A model generated the notes under the pieces. That model saw nothing but the letters and a program-made list of their open reading frames with translations. It was not told the origin of the DNA and did not search any database. 64,000 nucleotides of DNA from Planctomycetota bacterium (lineage in GTDB: Bacteria > Planctomycetota > SZUA-567 > H5-PLA8): the NCBI GenBank assembly GCA_045863855.1, contig BTVV01000011.1:1-64000 (forward strand), given 5' to 3'. This document shows, piece after piece, positions 17,674-27,199 of the stretch. The position numbers were made by a program, and so were the translations under genes. Position 1 is the stretch's first letter, and every line of letters starts with the position of its first letter.

Positions 17674-18453
17674 ATGCCTCTCCACCGGCCTCAAACCGTC
17701 CAGCTTCCGCGCCTCGAATGGGCCCGCGCGCATCAGGGCTCGCACGAGGTCAAGCTGCACACGCATCCGCTCGTCGAACTCGTGTACGTCGTGCAAGGGA
17801 AACTGGTCATCCACGCTGGCGCGCACGATCTGCGCGGCAAGCCCGGCACGATCTTCGTCCTGCCCGGCAACGTCCCGCACGATCAGCTTTGCGACGGCCC
17901 GTGGCGGACGCTTTGCGTGCTCTACCGCCACGGCGCGCACCTGCTCGACGAAACCCCGCGCACGCTCGACCTCGCCGCCGCGCCGCATCTGGGCGCGTGG
18001 CTTGAGGATCTGTGCAAGCACTCGGCCGCGCCCGAGGCCGAGGCGATGCTCGACGGGCTCCTCTTTGCGGTGCTTTCCGCGCTGCGCAAAGCCGAACGCG
18101 CCGCGCAGTCCGCCGAGGCGCTCCACCCGAGACTGGCCGACGCCGTGCGCTACCTCCAGCAGCACCTCACCGAACCCGTCGACGCCGGCGACCTGTCCCG
18201 CGCCGCGCACCTCAGCTACAGCCATTTGAGCGCGCTCTTCCGCGAACGCTTCGGCTGCGGGCCGTTGAAGTACCAGCAGAATCTGCGCCTCGAACACGCG
18301 CGACGCCAGCTTCTCGATCCGTACCTCAGCATCGACGAAGTCGCCCGCGACTGCGGCTACGACGACACCAACTATTTCGTGCGCCTCTTCCGCCGCGCCC
18401 AAGGCGTCCCGCCCGGCCGCTGGCGCAAGCAAGCTTCCGGCCGAGCGTCGTAG
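17674..18453 (+). CDS. AraC family transcriptional regulator with cupin sensor domain
   Basis: HTHPLVELVYV cupin; C-terminal IDEVARDCGYDDTNYFVRLFRR. Confidence 0.92.
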   Translation: MPLHRPQTVQLPRLEWARAHQGSHEVKLHTHPLVELVYVVQGKLVIHAGAHDLRGKPGTIFVLPGNVPHDQLCDGPWRTLCVLYRHGAHLLDETPRTLDLAAAPHLGAWLEDLCKHSAAPEAEAMLDGLLFAVLSALRKAERAAQSAEALHPRLADAVRYLQQHLTEPVDAGDLSRAAHLSYSHLSALFRERFGCGPLKYQQNLRLEHARRQLLDPYLSIDEVARDCGYDDTNYFVRLFRRAQGVPPGRWRKQASGRAS

Positions 18454-18484
18454 CGCACGGAACCTTCGTAGCGCCGACGCCGCA

Positions 18485-18507
18485 GGTATCGCGGGCGTCC
18501 CGCCCGC
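18485..18507 (+). repeat. REP-like palindrome, copy 2
   Basis: Identical 23-mer to 13058-13080. Confidence 0.65.
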
Positions 18508-18571
18508 AGGTCAACCCTGCCTTGCGTACGGCCCGCGATGCCGCAGAGCCTTCCCACACCCGGATCGACTG

Positions 18572-18741
18572 CTAGGCACTCTCCCGAACCCCTTCTTCGG
18601 CGTCTGCTTGCGGGGACCTGCGCAGCGCTTCGTCAGCCTCGCTTGCTGTATCAACGGTAGAGATACAGTTCGTTCGGCTTCCTCGCTCTGCTTGGTCCGC
18701 GCGGCGCATCCGCCTTCGAAGCGTTTCGGGACAGAGCCTGG
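18572..18741. mobile_element. MITE-like foldback element (170 bp, non-coding)
   Basis: Ends CTAGGCACTCTCCCGAA / TTCGGGACAGAGCCTGG match 14 of 17 as inverted repeats; nested imperfect pairing to central stem CTGTATC/GATACAG. Confidence 0.55.
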
Positions 18742-19232
18742 GAACCGGTGCGCCAGCAGCGACGGCGCTCGCGCCTGGTGCACAATCCCAAAATCCCCAA
18801 TAAAAGTTCGAAATGCCACGTCCGACGGCCGGTAGCGAAACCCAAATTTCGCATTTTTTAGTTGGATGGCTGAAATCCGAGCCCTTTTTAAATACGCATT
18901 GTGTTCTATAATTATAGCAGATTTATAGCACAATCGATATTTTGCTCGACGTGCGTCGCCTGAGCCGTTCTTGTAAGTCCTGAAAACAGATCCTCGAAAC
19001 CGGGGGTCTGCGCACCGTGCTGCTCCACGGTCGCCACCCGGTGCATGGAGGATCCTTCGCGGCGTGGGGAGGGTAGGGAACCCCGGTAGCCCGGCGGCTC
19101 GAAAAATTCAATTTGACCCATTACACCCACTGACTCAGCCTTTAAAAAATTCATTTAGGGTCACATTGGGATATTTTTCCCCTAACTTGAGTACTCAGGG
19201 CCGTCATGGTGCAATTTTTCTTTTTTGTTGAG

Positions 19233-19246
19233 TTGACAAACGTCAA
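19233..19246. promoter_or_regulatory. Palindrome TTGAC-N4-GTCAA overlapping a TTGACA hexamer upstream of the sigma28-like gene
   Basis: TTGACAAACGTCAA in AT-rich DNA; CRP/FNR-like geometry. Confidence 0.4.
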
Positions 19247-19398
19247 GTACGTTTTAAATCTCTCTCTCGAGCACGCATTGAATTTTTTGATTCCATCGCC
19301 GACGCCGACCCATAACGGCGCTAGCGAAACTTGGATCGGGTCGCCCGGGCCCCCCAGACGTTCCGCCCCGGCCGCCCTGATAGAAAAGGATGCCCCCC

Positions 19399-20412
19399 AT
19401 GCCCAAGGTTAAAGCCCGCGCCCAAGCCACGTTACGCGCCGCCAAACCCGCCGCGCCGGCCCGCCGCGCCAAACCCACCGCGCCGACCCCGGCGCCACAA
19501 CCCGAAGCTGTGACTGAACTTCCCAAAAAGCGCCGCGCCGTCTCGCCCGTCACCGCGCCGCTCACCTTCCGCAAGCCCGAGCCCGAACGCCTGGAAGGAG
19601 TTCCGCTCACGCCCGAAGAGCAAGCCCGCGCCGACGCCAAAGCCGCCAAGCGTAGCTACGAAGACTCCCTCTGGGCCGCCTATCATCAAGGCGAGTCGGA
19701 AGATGCGCGAAACACGCTCTGGGTGCACTACCAGTCCCTCGTCCGCTACATCGCCGAGCGCCAGAAAGCCAAGCTCCCCGAATGCGTCGACGTGATGGAC
19801 CTCGTCAGCTCCGGAAACCTCGGCCTCCAAGACGCCATCCAGAAGTTCGACCCCACCATGGGCGTGCGCTTCGAAACCTATTGCGTGCCTCGAATTCGAG
19901 GAGCGATGCTCGATTCGATCCGCGCCTGCGACTGGGTCCCGCGCCTGATCCGCAACAAACACCACCAGTACGAGCGTGCCATTCGCGAATTGGGCTCCGA
20001 ACTGGGCCGCGAGCCCAACGACGAAGAATTGGCCGCGCGCCTCGAACTGGACCTCGAACGGCTCCAGAAACTCCGGCGCGAGCTTGATGTTAAGGCCCAA
20101 ATCTCGATCGAAGGCGGCGCCTCCGAGAACGCCGAAGAGCGCGATCTGCTGCGTCTGGAGATGCTGGAAGACCGCAACGATCGCGAACCCACGCGGGAAC
20201 TCCAGCGTGAAGAGATCCGCGACATGGCGCTGCGCGGCTTGCATCCCAACGAGCGTGCCGTCGTCGAACAGTACTACTTCGAAGGGCGCAGCATGAAGCA
20301 GATCGGAGACTTGCTGGATCTCTCGGAAAGCCGCATCTGCCAGATTCACGCGCAGGTGATGGACGTGCTGCGCAAGAAGTTCCGCAGCTACGCCGATTCG
20401 GTCTCCTTCTAA
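19399..20412 (+). CDS. FliA/WhiG family (sigma28-like) RNA polymerase sigma factor
   Basis: DLVSSGNLGL..KFDP..RFETYC..RIRGAMLDSIR..DWVPR; LSESRICQIH; long P/A/K-rich N-terminal extension. Confidence 0.92.
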   Translation: MPKVKARAQATLRAAKPAAPARRAKPTAPTPAPQPEAVTELPKKRRAVSPVTAPLTFRKPEPERLEGVPLTPEEQARADAKAAKRSYEDSLWAAYHQGESEDARNTLWVHYQSLVRYIAERQKAKLPECVDVMDLVSSGNLGLQDAIQKFDPTMGVRFETYCVPRIRGAMLDSIRACDWVPRLIRNKHHQYERAIRELGSELGREPNDEELAARLELDLERLQKLRRELDVKAQISIEGGASENAEERDLLRLEMLEDRNDREPTRELQREEIRDMALRGLHPNERAVVEQYYFEGRSMKQIGDLLDLSESRICQIHAQVMDVLRKKFRSYADSVSF

Positions 20413-20437
20413 CTCGAAGACCTTGCTCCGGTTAGTT

Positions 20438-20474
20438 CACGGGCAGCCGAAACCTCGGCTGCCCGTGTGTTTTT
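20438..20474 (+). terminator. Intrinsic terminator
   Basis: CACGGGCAGCCGA-AACC-TCGGCTGCCCGTG followed by TGTTTTT. Confidence 0.85.
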
Positions 20475-20510
20475 ACGCCTCCATGGTGCGCATGAATTCA
20501 ATTCGGATCA

Positions 20511-21065
20511 CTACCAAAGACCCAGCACGCGAGCCATGAACGCTGCGGCGAGGGCCGTCAGCATCAGCACGAAGATCGCGCATCCAACCTCCGCCGGACG
20601 CAGGCCTTGCGTGCGGAATTCGACCGGTTCTTCGGCTCGGGGATGCTTGCGCGAGCGGTACGGACGAAACCTGTAACCCCAAGCCCTCAAACGAGCTTGA
20701 ACGTCCGGCGGATACAACTCGGCCGGCGCGCGCGGGCTCAACGCCTGGAGCAGCGCCGTCCCGTCGTTTCCGTAGCGCGCGTAACAGGCGGCCACGGCAC
20801 GCTCTACGTCGGGACCGCTTTTGCTGGTGAGCAGCCACGCTGCGCCGGCGCGCGGAAGGTCCTTCATTTCATAGTGAATTTCGCCCAGCAATTCGTACGC
20901 GTCGGCGCGATACAAGCCGCGCCGCGCCAACGTGTTGAGGAATCCGTGGAGCCGGTCGCGGGCCCGATCGGGCCGGCCCGCGGCCAAGTCTTGCCGTGCG
21001 CGTTCCAACGCGCGCCCAAGCGGCACGGCGGCGCCGGAAGAACGTGCGGCGGAGTCTGCGGACAT
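20511..21065 (-). CDS. Hypothetical protein with TPR-like N-terminus and C-terminal TM anchor
   Basis: ARDRL..AYELLGEIHY..AGAAWLL helical pattern; terminal hydrophobic helix. Confidence 0.65.
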   Translation of the reverse strand: MSADSAARSSGAAVPLGRALERARQDLAAGRPDRARDRLHGFLNTLARRGLYRADAYELLGEIHYEMKDLPRAGAAWLLTSKSGPDVERAVAACYARYGNDGTALLQALSPRAPAELYPPDVQARLRAWGYRFRPYRSRKHPRAEEPVEFRTQGLRPAEVGCAIFVLMLTALAAAFMARVLGLW

Positions 21066-21137
21066 CTCCGGCGGATGGACTCGGGGTGGGGCGAGCGGCG
21101 CAACGAGCCACTCAGGCGAGACTTACAAAATGCCTGC

Positions 21138-21257
21138 TCAGATGCCCAGCGCCGAGCGCTTGAACTGGCTGCGCGGCTTGCCCTTGCCCGGCTTGCGCCC
21201 GTGATTGGCCTTCTTGCGGCCCTTCGCCAACTGCTTGATCTTCTTGAACGAGGACAT
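21138..21257 (-). CDS. Small basic protein, bL37-like ribosomal protein candidate (39 aa)
   Basis: MSSFKKIKQLAKGRKKANHGRKPGKGKPRSQFKRSALGI; AAAGGAG RBS; ANHG(R/K)(K/R)P motif; not in ORF track. Confidence 0.7.
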   Translation of the reverse strand: MSSFKKIKQLAKGRKKANHGRKPGKGKPRSQFKRSALGI

Positions 21258-21299
21258 GTGCGGCTCCTTTGACGGTTGAAGTCTCGAGTTACGCCTGAG

Positions 21300-21689
21300 T
21301 TACAGTTCGCCGATCGGCTTTTCGCCCTGATCTTCCTGCTTCTTCACGACTTCCGGTGGCGGAGCGTACTGCTTCCGCGCCAGTTCGGCCATGCTCGGCC
21401 GCCCAATCTTCTCGTTGTGCACCTCGGCCTGCTTCCAGTCGGCTTCCGTGACCAAGGCCTTGTCGAAGCGGTACAGCCGGCCCAGCAGGAACGTATCGCC
21501 GGTCTGCAGCGCGTAGGCTTTGATCTCCGCAAGTCCTTGCTCATCCTGTGCATGCTGGAAAAAGTCCAGCGCGTCGGAGTAGCGCTCCTGGCGCAGGAAA
21601 TCCCGCGCGTGCGCGGAGAGTTCCGTCTTGGAAGCGCGCGGATTCCATAAGGCATCGCGCTTCTTCAAGTAATGCGTCGGTGCGCCCAT
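21300..21689 (-). CDS. Hypothetical helical protein (129 aa)
   Basis: Coding-like codon usage from MGAPTHYLKKRDALWN; co-oriented upstream of the small basic ORF. Confidence 0.65.
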   Translation of the reverse strand: MGAPTHYLKKRDALWNPRASKTELSAHARDFLRQERYSDALDFFQHAQDEQGLAEIKAYALQTGDTFLLGRLYRFDKALVTEADWKQAEVHNEKIGRPSMAELARKQYAPPPEVVKKQEDQGEKPIGEL

Positions 21690-21798
21690 GAACCGCTCAC
21701 TCCCTCTCAAACGGGCCGATATAATAGCGCCCCTCGCGCGTCCTTCAACCGGCGATGTGGGAAGTTGTTCGGCGCAACAGACTTCGAGGCTCGGCAGC

Positions 21799-22887
21799 AT
21801 GGATACCGTCACTCAGGCCGCGTTGGGAGCCGCCATCGGCGAAGCGGGATTTCGCCCGCGGCTGGGGTCCAAAGCCACCCTCTTTGGCGCGTTGTGCGGA
21901 ATCTTCCCCGATGCCGACGTGGCTCTGACGTGGATCGATGAATGGTCGATGCTCACGCAGCACCGCGGCGCGACGCATTCCTTGGCGTTGATGCCGCTCT
22001 GGATACCGCTCTTCGGCTGGTTGGGCTGGCGGCTTTGGAAGCGCCACGGCGACTTGCGCACGTGGATGCATCTGGCGGGCTGGGCGCTGGTGACGCATGC
22101 GCTTCTGGATTGGTGCACCGCCTACGGGACGATGTTGCTGTGGCCGTTTTCGATGCACCGCTTCGCGCTCGATGCCATTTCGGTTCTCGATCCGACGTAC
22201 ACGCTTCCGCTTTTGCTCGCATTAGCCTTGGGGCGTTTGAAAAGCGTGCCCGAGCGCTGGGCGATTCGCGCCCATGCCGGCGCGCTCGTCTTTTCGACGG
22301 CGTACTTGGTGCTTGGATTCGTGCAGTCGCAGCGCGCGATCGATCTGGCCCGGCGCCAATTGGCCGAGGATCGAGCCTTTTCGGCCGTGGAAGTCCGTGC
22401 GGTGCCTACCTTTTTCAACGTCTGGGTGTGGCGCGTCCTGGCGCGGGATGCGCAGGGTCAGTTGCGCTTGGGCTTTGTAAGCACTTGGTCGCCGCGACCC
22501 TTGGAGTGGATCGATCTGCCGCGGCCCGCCGAGTCCGGCGCGGCCCGGCTCGTCCGTACCGTTCTGGAAAGCCCGCGCGGCAAAGACTTTGACTGGTTCG
22601 CTCAAGGCATGGTCAGCACCCGTGTCGAGCGCCGCGGCGACGGCGCCACGGTGGAACTCCTGGATCAGCGTTTGGGGCTGGTCACGCGTTCGGCCGACCC
22701 GCCTTTTCGCCTGATCGCTACGCTGGATGCGGCCGGCCGGATCCTGAGCGTCACGCGCGAACGCCGCGGCGGATCGCTCGAACCGCGCCGCGAACTGGCG
22801 CTGCTGTGGGGCCTCTGGTGGGGCCGCGACGATGCGTATGTCGAACTGGGCGCGCTGGTTAAGCCGACGATGGCGGTAGGGCCGTAA
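21799..22887 (+). CDS. Inner-membrane metal-dependent hydrolase (YdjM-like)
   Basis: MDTVTQAALGA, PDAD, HRGATHSL, THALLDWCTAYGT. Confidence 0.88.
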   Translation: MDTVTQAALGAAIGEAGFRPRLGSKATLFGALCGIFPDADVALTWIDEWSMLTQHRGATHSLALMPLWIPLFGWLGWRLWKRHGDLRTWMHLAGWALVTHALLDWCTAYGTMLLWPFSMHRFALDAISVLDPTYTLPLLLALALGRLKSVPERWAIRAHAGALVFSTAYLVLGFVQSQRAIDLARRQLAEDRAFSAVEVRAVPTFFNVWVWRVLARDAQGQLRLGFVSTWSPRPLEWIDLPRPAESGAARLVRTVLESPRGKDFDWFAQGMVSTRVERRGDGATVELLDQRLGLVTRSADPPFRLIATLDAAGRILSVTRERRGGSLEPRRELALLWGLWWGRDDAYVELGALVKPTMAVGP

Positions 22888-22889
22888 GT

Positions 22890-23399
22890 CTAGTCCCAGC
22901 TCGGCTGGACGATGGCGTAGCACTGGCTTTCGGGCTCTTCGAGGTAGATCAGCAGTTCGCCGTTGGGCCCGATATCCAGCGCCCAGCGCAGGGGTTGGCC
23001 GCTCTGCCAGGAGAGCACGAAATCGCGGTACTCGGGCGAGACCGTCCAGCGTAAGTCCGGCGCGGTGGTGACCCATTCGCCTTCGAGCCCGACTTCCACC
23101 ACCTGAGTCGGCTGCCACGGCGGTTCGTCCAGATCTTCGTCCTCAAGGTCTTCCGCAGGTGGATGTTGCATAAGCGCTTCGGCTTCGGCCAAGGCGGCCT
23201 GCGCGGCGGCTTGGGCCGCGAGCAACCCTTCGCCCAGCAGCGTCCACTGGCGCAGGCGGCTTTCGCGGACCGGCGGTTCCTTCGTATCGTCGGCTTCCAA
23301 TGCTGCTTTGCGCGCCGGCCAGGCGGCGGCGTACTGCTCCAGCAGTTGGACGCGCGCGCGCGCAAGAGCAACCTGCTGTTCGAGTTCCCGAGCGTCCAT
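22890..23399 (-). CDS. Hypothetical protein
   Basis: Coiled N-terminal half, acidic linker, small beta-rich C-terminus; GAGGA RBS. Confidence 0.55.
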   Translation of the reverse strand: MDARELEQQVALARARVQLLEQYAAAWPARKAALEADDTKEPPVRESRLRQWTLLGEGLLAAQAAAQAALAEAEALMQHPPAEDLEDEDLDEPPWQPTQVVEVGLEGEWVTTAPDLRWTVSPEYRDFVLSWQSGQPLRWALDIGPNGELLIYLEEPESQCYAIVQPSWD

Positions 23400-23522
23400 G
23401 CGATGCGTTCCTCTTCTTGAAACCTAGGCGGTGTCTTCCATGATACCGGAGCTACCGCATTTTCCGAGTACCGCGCGCCGCCTGCACCTTCCGGCCGTGC
23501 GCCCCGTTCGAGAAAGGCTCCC

Positions 23523-25040
23523 ATGTCCATCCGCAAGAGTTCGACGTCGGTGCACCGCAAGGGCGGGACGACCGTGATGCTGAAGGCCGGCGTGAAGTCC
23601 GGCGATCCGGCGCGCAACGCGTACGAAAACCCGCTCACCGGCCGCTACGGCTCACCCGAGATGAGCTTCATTTTCTCGCCTCAGTTCAAGTTCTCCACGT
23701 GGCGGAAGTTATGGGTCGCACTGGCCGAAGGACAACGGCTGCTGGGGCTGAGCGTGACCGAGAAGCAAGTGAAGCAGATGCGCCGCTTCGTCGATGAGAT
23801 CAATTTCGACGTGGCCGATGCCAAAGAACGCGAGATCCGGCACGACGTGATGGCGCACGTGCATGCCTTCGGCGAACAATGCCCCGACGCCAAGCCGATC
23901 ATCCACCTCGGCGCCACCAGCGCGTACGTTACCGACAACACCGACTTGGTGCAGATGAAAGCCGGCCTGGAACTGTTGGCGAAGAAAGTACTTAACACCA
24001 TCGCGGCGCTGGCGAAGTTCGCCGAGGATCACCAGGATTTGCCGACACTGGCGTTTACGCACTTCCAGGCCGCTCAGCCGACGACGGTGGGCAAGCGCGC
24101 CTGCTTGTGGATCCAGGATCTGCTCATGGATCTCGAAGAGATCCTGCGCCTGCAGCAAAACCTGCCGTTCCTGGGCGTCAAAGGCACCACGGGCACGCAG
24201 GCCGCGTTCCTTAAGCTCTTTGACGGCAACATGAAGAAGGTGGCGCGGCTGGACAGCTTGGTCGCCGAAGAGATGGATTTCAAGAACGTGCTGGCCGTCT
24301 CGGGGCAGACCTACACGCGCAAGCTCGACTACATGGTGCTTCAGTCGCTCTGCGGTTTTGGGCAGAGCGCGCACAAGTTCGCCAACGATCTGCGCCTGCT
24401 GGCGCACATGAAGGAGATCGAAGAACCGTTCGAGGCCGGCCAAGTGGGCAGCAGCGCCATGGCCTACAAGCGTAACCCCATGCGCTGCGAGCGGATGACG
24501 GCGCTTGCGCGCTACCTGATGACCTTGGTGCTCAACCCGGCTTTGACGGCGGCCGAGCAGTGGTTCGAACGGACGCTCGACGACAGCGCCAACAAGCGCC
24601 TCTCCACGCCGGAAGCGTTTTTGTGCGCCGATGTGATCGCCGAGATTTATCTTAACGTCGCTCAGAACCTGGTGGTCTACCCGGCCGTGATTTCCGCGCA
24701 TCTCAAGGCCGAGCTTCCTTTTATCGCCACCGAAAATATCCTGATGGAAGCCGTCAAGCGCGGCGGCGACCGCCAGGATTTGCATGAACGGATCCGCAAG
24801 CACAGCCAAGCCGCGGCCAAGCAGGTGAAGCTGCATGGCAAAGAGAACGACTTGATGGCCCGCATCGCCGGCGACGAAGCCTTCGCGAACGTGAAGGACG
24901 AACTGGACAGCATCCTCGATCCGGCCAAGTTCACGGGGCTGGCCGCCGAGCAGACGCAGATGTTCCTCGGCGAGCACGTTCACCCGCTCCTGAAATCCCG
25001 CCGCGACTGGCTGGGGCGAAAGGGCGACGTGCGGGTGTAG
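23523..25040 (+). CDS. purB: Adenylosuccinate lyase
   Basis: HDVMAH, HLGATS, THFQAAQPTT, GSSAMAYKRNP signature; start may be 23577. Confidence 0.96.
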   Translation: MSIRKSSTSVHRKGGTTVMLKAGVKSGDPARNAYENPLTGRYGSPEMSFIFSPQFKFSTWRKLWVALAEGQRLLGLSVTEKQVKQMRRFVDEINFDVADAKEREIRHDVMAHVHAFGEQCPDAKPIIHLGATSAYVTDNTDLVQMKAGLELLAKKVLNTIAALAKFAEDHQDLPTLAFTHFQAAQPTTVGKRACLWIQDLLMDLEEILRLQQNLPFLGVKGTTGTQAAFLKLFDGNMKKVARLDSLVAEEMDFKNVLAVSGQTYTRKLDYMVLQSLCGFGQSAHKFANDLRLLAHMKEIEEPFEAGQVGSSAMAYKRNPMRCERMTALARYLMTLVLNPALTAAEQWFERTLDDSANKRLSTPEAFLCADVIAEIYLNVAQNLVVYPAVISAHLKAELPFIATENILMEAVKRGGDRQDLHERIRKHSQAAAKQVKLHGKENDLMARIAGDEAFANVKDELDSILDPAKFTGLAAEQTQMFLGEHVHPLLKSRRDWLGRKGDVRV

Positions 25041-25141
25041 GCGCGGCGCTGATTTTTTCGCGCACGCACCCCGCCGCGCGGCGTACTCTCCACGACACCC
25101 TGCCCCGGCAGGTATGGCATGGTCTTAGGAGGGCGTCGCAT

Positions 25142-27127
25142 ATGATCGCTAAACTTTTGTGTAGGGCCGTGCTGTTGAGCGCGTCGCTACCTGCATTTGC
25201 ACTCCACGGCGGCGAAGCCGCGCCGGCCGTCGTGAGTAACGTCAAAGTGGTCTCCGATAAGGTTGAGGATGTCTCGAGCTTCGAGGCGTGGAAGCAGGCG
25301 GTCATCAAGGATGGGATGACCGATGAGCAGAAGGCGCTGGCCGCGTGGGAAGCGGTGGTGAAGTTCCGCCATCACGACGCCTCGCCCCACGAATACCTCG
25401 GCCTTTCCGATTCCAGCACCGTCGATGCGTTCAAGCTCTTTAATGTGTACGGGTACTGCTCGGGCGCGGCCGCGCAGCCGGCGTACTTGCAGCTTGCGCG
25501 GCAGTTGGGATTCGAAGCGCGCGCGATGTCCATCCACAAGTGGGGCGTCCCGGAGGTGCGGTACGCCGATGCGTGGCACATGCTCGATCCGGGCATGATC
25601 AGCTATTTCCGCAAGCCCGACGGTGCGATCGCCTCCACCGAGGAGCTCGTCGCGGCGGTGAAGGAGTGGCATGCGGCGCATCCGGGGTACTTGGGCGAAG
25701 ATGCGAAGATCAAGGAGTTCCAGAAGGACGGCGGGCACAAACGCGGGCCGGCCTTGATCGCGAACTGCCCCACCTACGACGAACGCGGCAGCTTCCCGCT
25801 GAATTATTTCGGCTGGTTTTCGGCGATGATTATCTACGACGGCTCGAACAAGACTCCGTTTCTGTACGAAGAAGCCGCGAGCCAGGGTTACCGGGTCAAC
25901 ATCCAGCTTCGCAAGGGGGAGCGGCTCACGCGGCGCTGGAGCAACAGCGGCTTGCACGTCAGTGCGGACACGGGCGGAAAGGTCGAATGCCTGAATGGGC
26001 AGGTGGGGAAGGGACCGCTGTACTATACGCCCAAGTTCGGCGATCTGGGCAACGGCCGCGTCGGAAACGGACTGCTTGAATACGCTCCGCCGCTGGGCGA
26101 CGCCGCGACGATCGACGCTTTCGTTTCGGCGCGAAATCTGGCGGTGAAGCCGGGGGCGGCGGCGCTGCAGGCCGCCGACGCGGCGCAGCCGGGAGAGTTC
26201 GTCGTACGGATGCCCAGCAGCTACGTGTATTTGAACGGGACGCTTGAATTCGAGGCCGCGGCCGGCGCGGGCGGCTCGGTGAGCGTCTTTCTTTCGGACG
26301 ACCACGGCCGGGCGTGGAAAGAGTTGGCGAAGGCCGAGGCCGCCGGGGCGCAAAAGATCGATCTGTCGCCGCACGTGCTGCGGCGTTACGACTACCGGCT
26401 CAAGTTCGTCCTTTTGGGCGCCGGGACGAGCGTAGCGGCGCTCAAGCTCACGCATGCGATCCAGCATTCGCAGCGCGCGCTTCCCGCGCTGGGGCAGGGC
26501 GAGAATAAGCTCACGTTCAGCGCCGGACCCGCCGAAGGCACGATCGCCCTGGAAGGCGCGGGGCTCAAGTTCAAGGACAAGCAGGTGACGTACGAGGCGT
26601 TGGGCGCGGTGCTCGAAGGAATCGATCCGGCCACGCTCGAAAAGTGGGGCACGTGGTCGCCTCAAGGCTCCGCGGGAAGCATCGCCTTTCCGGTGGAAAC
26701 CCCCGGCGACCTGACGCGTCTGCGCTTCGGCTGCAACTACCGCGCGGGGTTGGACTCCGAAGGCTGGGATTTGCAGGTCTCGTTCGACGACGGGAAGAGT
26801 TTCAAAACCGTGGGACGCGCCGCGGGTCCGACGCGGCAGTCGGCGAAGTGGGTGGCCTTCGAAGAGATTCCGCCGGGTACGCGCAAGGCGCTGGTGCGGT
26901 ATTCGGCTCAAGCGCGCGGTTCGTGCGTGTTGTTTCGTTACCGCATCGACGCCGATTACCGCGAGCCCCGCGGAGGCTTCGCGCCGGTGCGCGTGACCTA
27001 CCGGTGGGAAGAAAAGGGCCAGGCAAAAGAGGACGCCCGAGTGCTCGATACGCCGCAAGCCGCGTATGCGATCACTTGCGCCGAAAAGCCGTTGTTGAAG
27101 GAGATTGTCCTCGAACGCGCGGACTGA
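25142..27127 (+). CDS. Secreted hypothetical protein with transglutaminase-like core and beta-sandwich domains
   Basis: Signal peptide; FNVYGYC and VPEVRYADAWHMLDP; repeated SDDxGxxW/F Asp-box-like turns. Confidence 0.6.
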   Translation: MIAKLLCRAVLLSASLPAFALHGGEAAPAVVSNVKVVSDKVEDVSSFEAWKQAVIKDGMTDEQKALAAWEAVVKFRHHDASPHEYLGLSDSSTVDAFKLFNVYGYCSGAAAQPAYLQLARQLGFEARAMSIHKWGVPEVRYADAWHMLDPGMISYFRKPDGAIASTEELVAAVKEWHAAHPGYLGEDAKIKEFQKDGGHKRGPALIANCPTYDERGSFPLNYFGWFSAMIIYDGSNKTPFLYEEAASQGYRVNIQLRKGERLTRRWSNSGLHVSADTGGKVECLNGQVGKGPLYYTPKFGDLGNGRVGNGLLEYAPPLGDAATIDAFVSARNLAVKPGAAALQAADAAQPGEFVVRMPSSYVYLNGTLEFEAAAGAGGSVSVFLSDDHGRAWKELAKAEAAGAQKIDLSPHVLRRYDYRLKFVLLGAGTSVAALKLTHAIQHSQRALPALGQGENKLTFSAGPAEGTIALEGAGLKFKDKQVTYEALGAVLEGIDPATLEKWGTWSPQGSAGSIAFPVETPGDLTRLRFGCNYRAGLDSEGWDLQVSFDDGKSFKTVGRAAGPTRQSAKWVAFEEIPPGTRKALVRYSAQARGSCVLFRYRIDADYREPRGGFAPVRVTYRWEEKGQAKEDARVLDTPQAAYAITCAEKPLLKEIVLERAD

Positions 27128-27199
27128 CGCCCTGCGGTTGTGCGGGCCTCCGGGCGAAGTATCCTTACGCGCGCGCCAACCCCAATACGAGGACGAGCC

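Noticed and set aside
18511..19154. Short ORFs in the region upstream of the sigma28-like gene
   Set aside because: Atypical codon usage, no RBS or motifs; partly explained by the foldback element.
23523..25040. Eukaryote-like purB as horizontal transfer from eukaryotes
   Set aside because: This ADSL-like subtype occurs in many bacteria and its codon usage matches the neighbouring genes.
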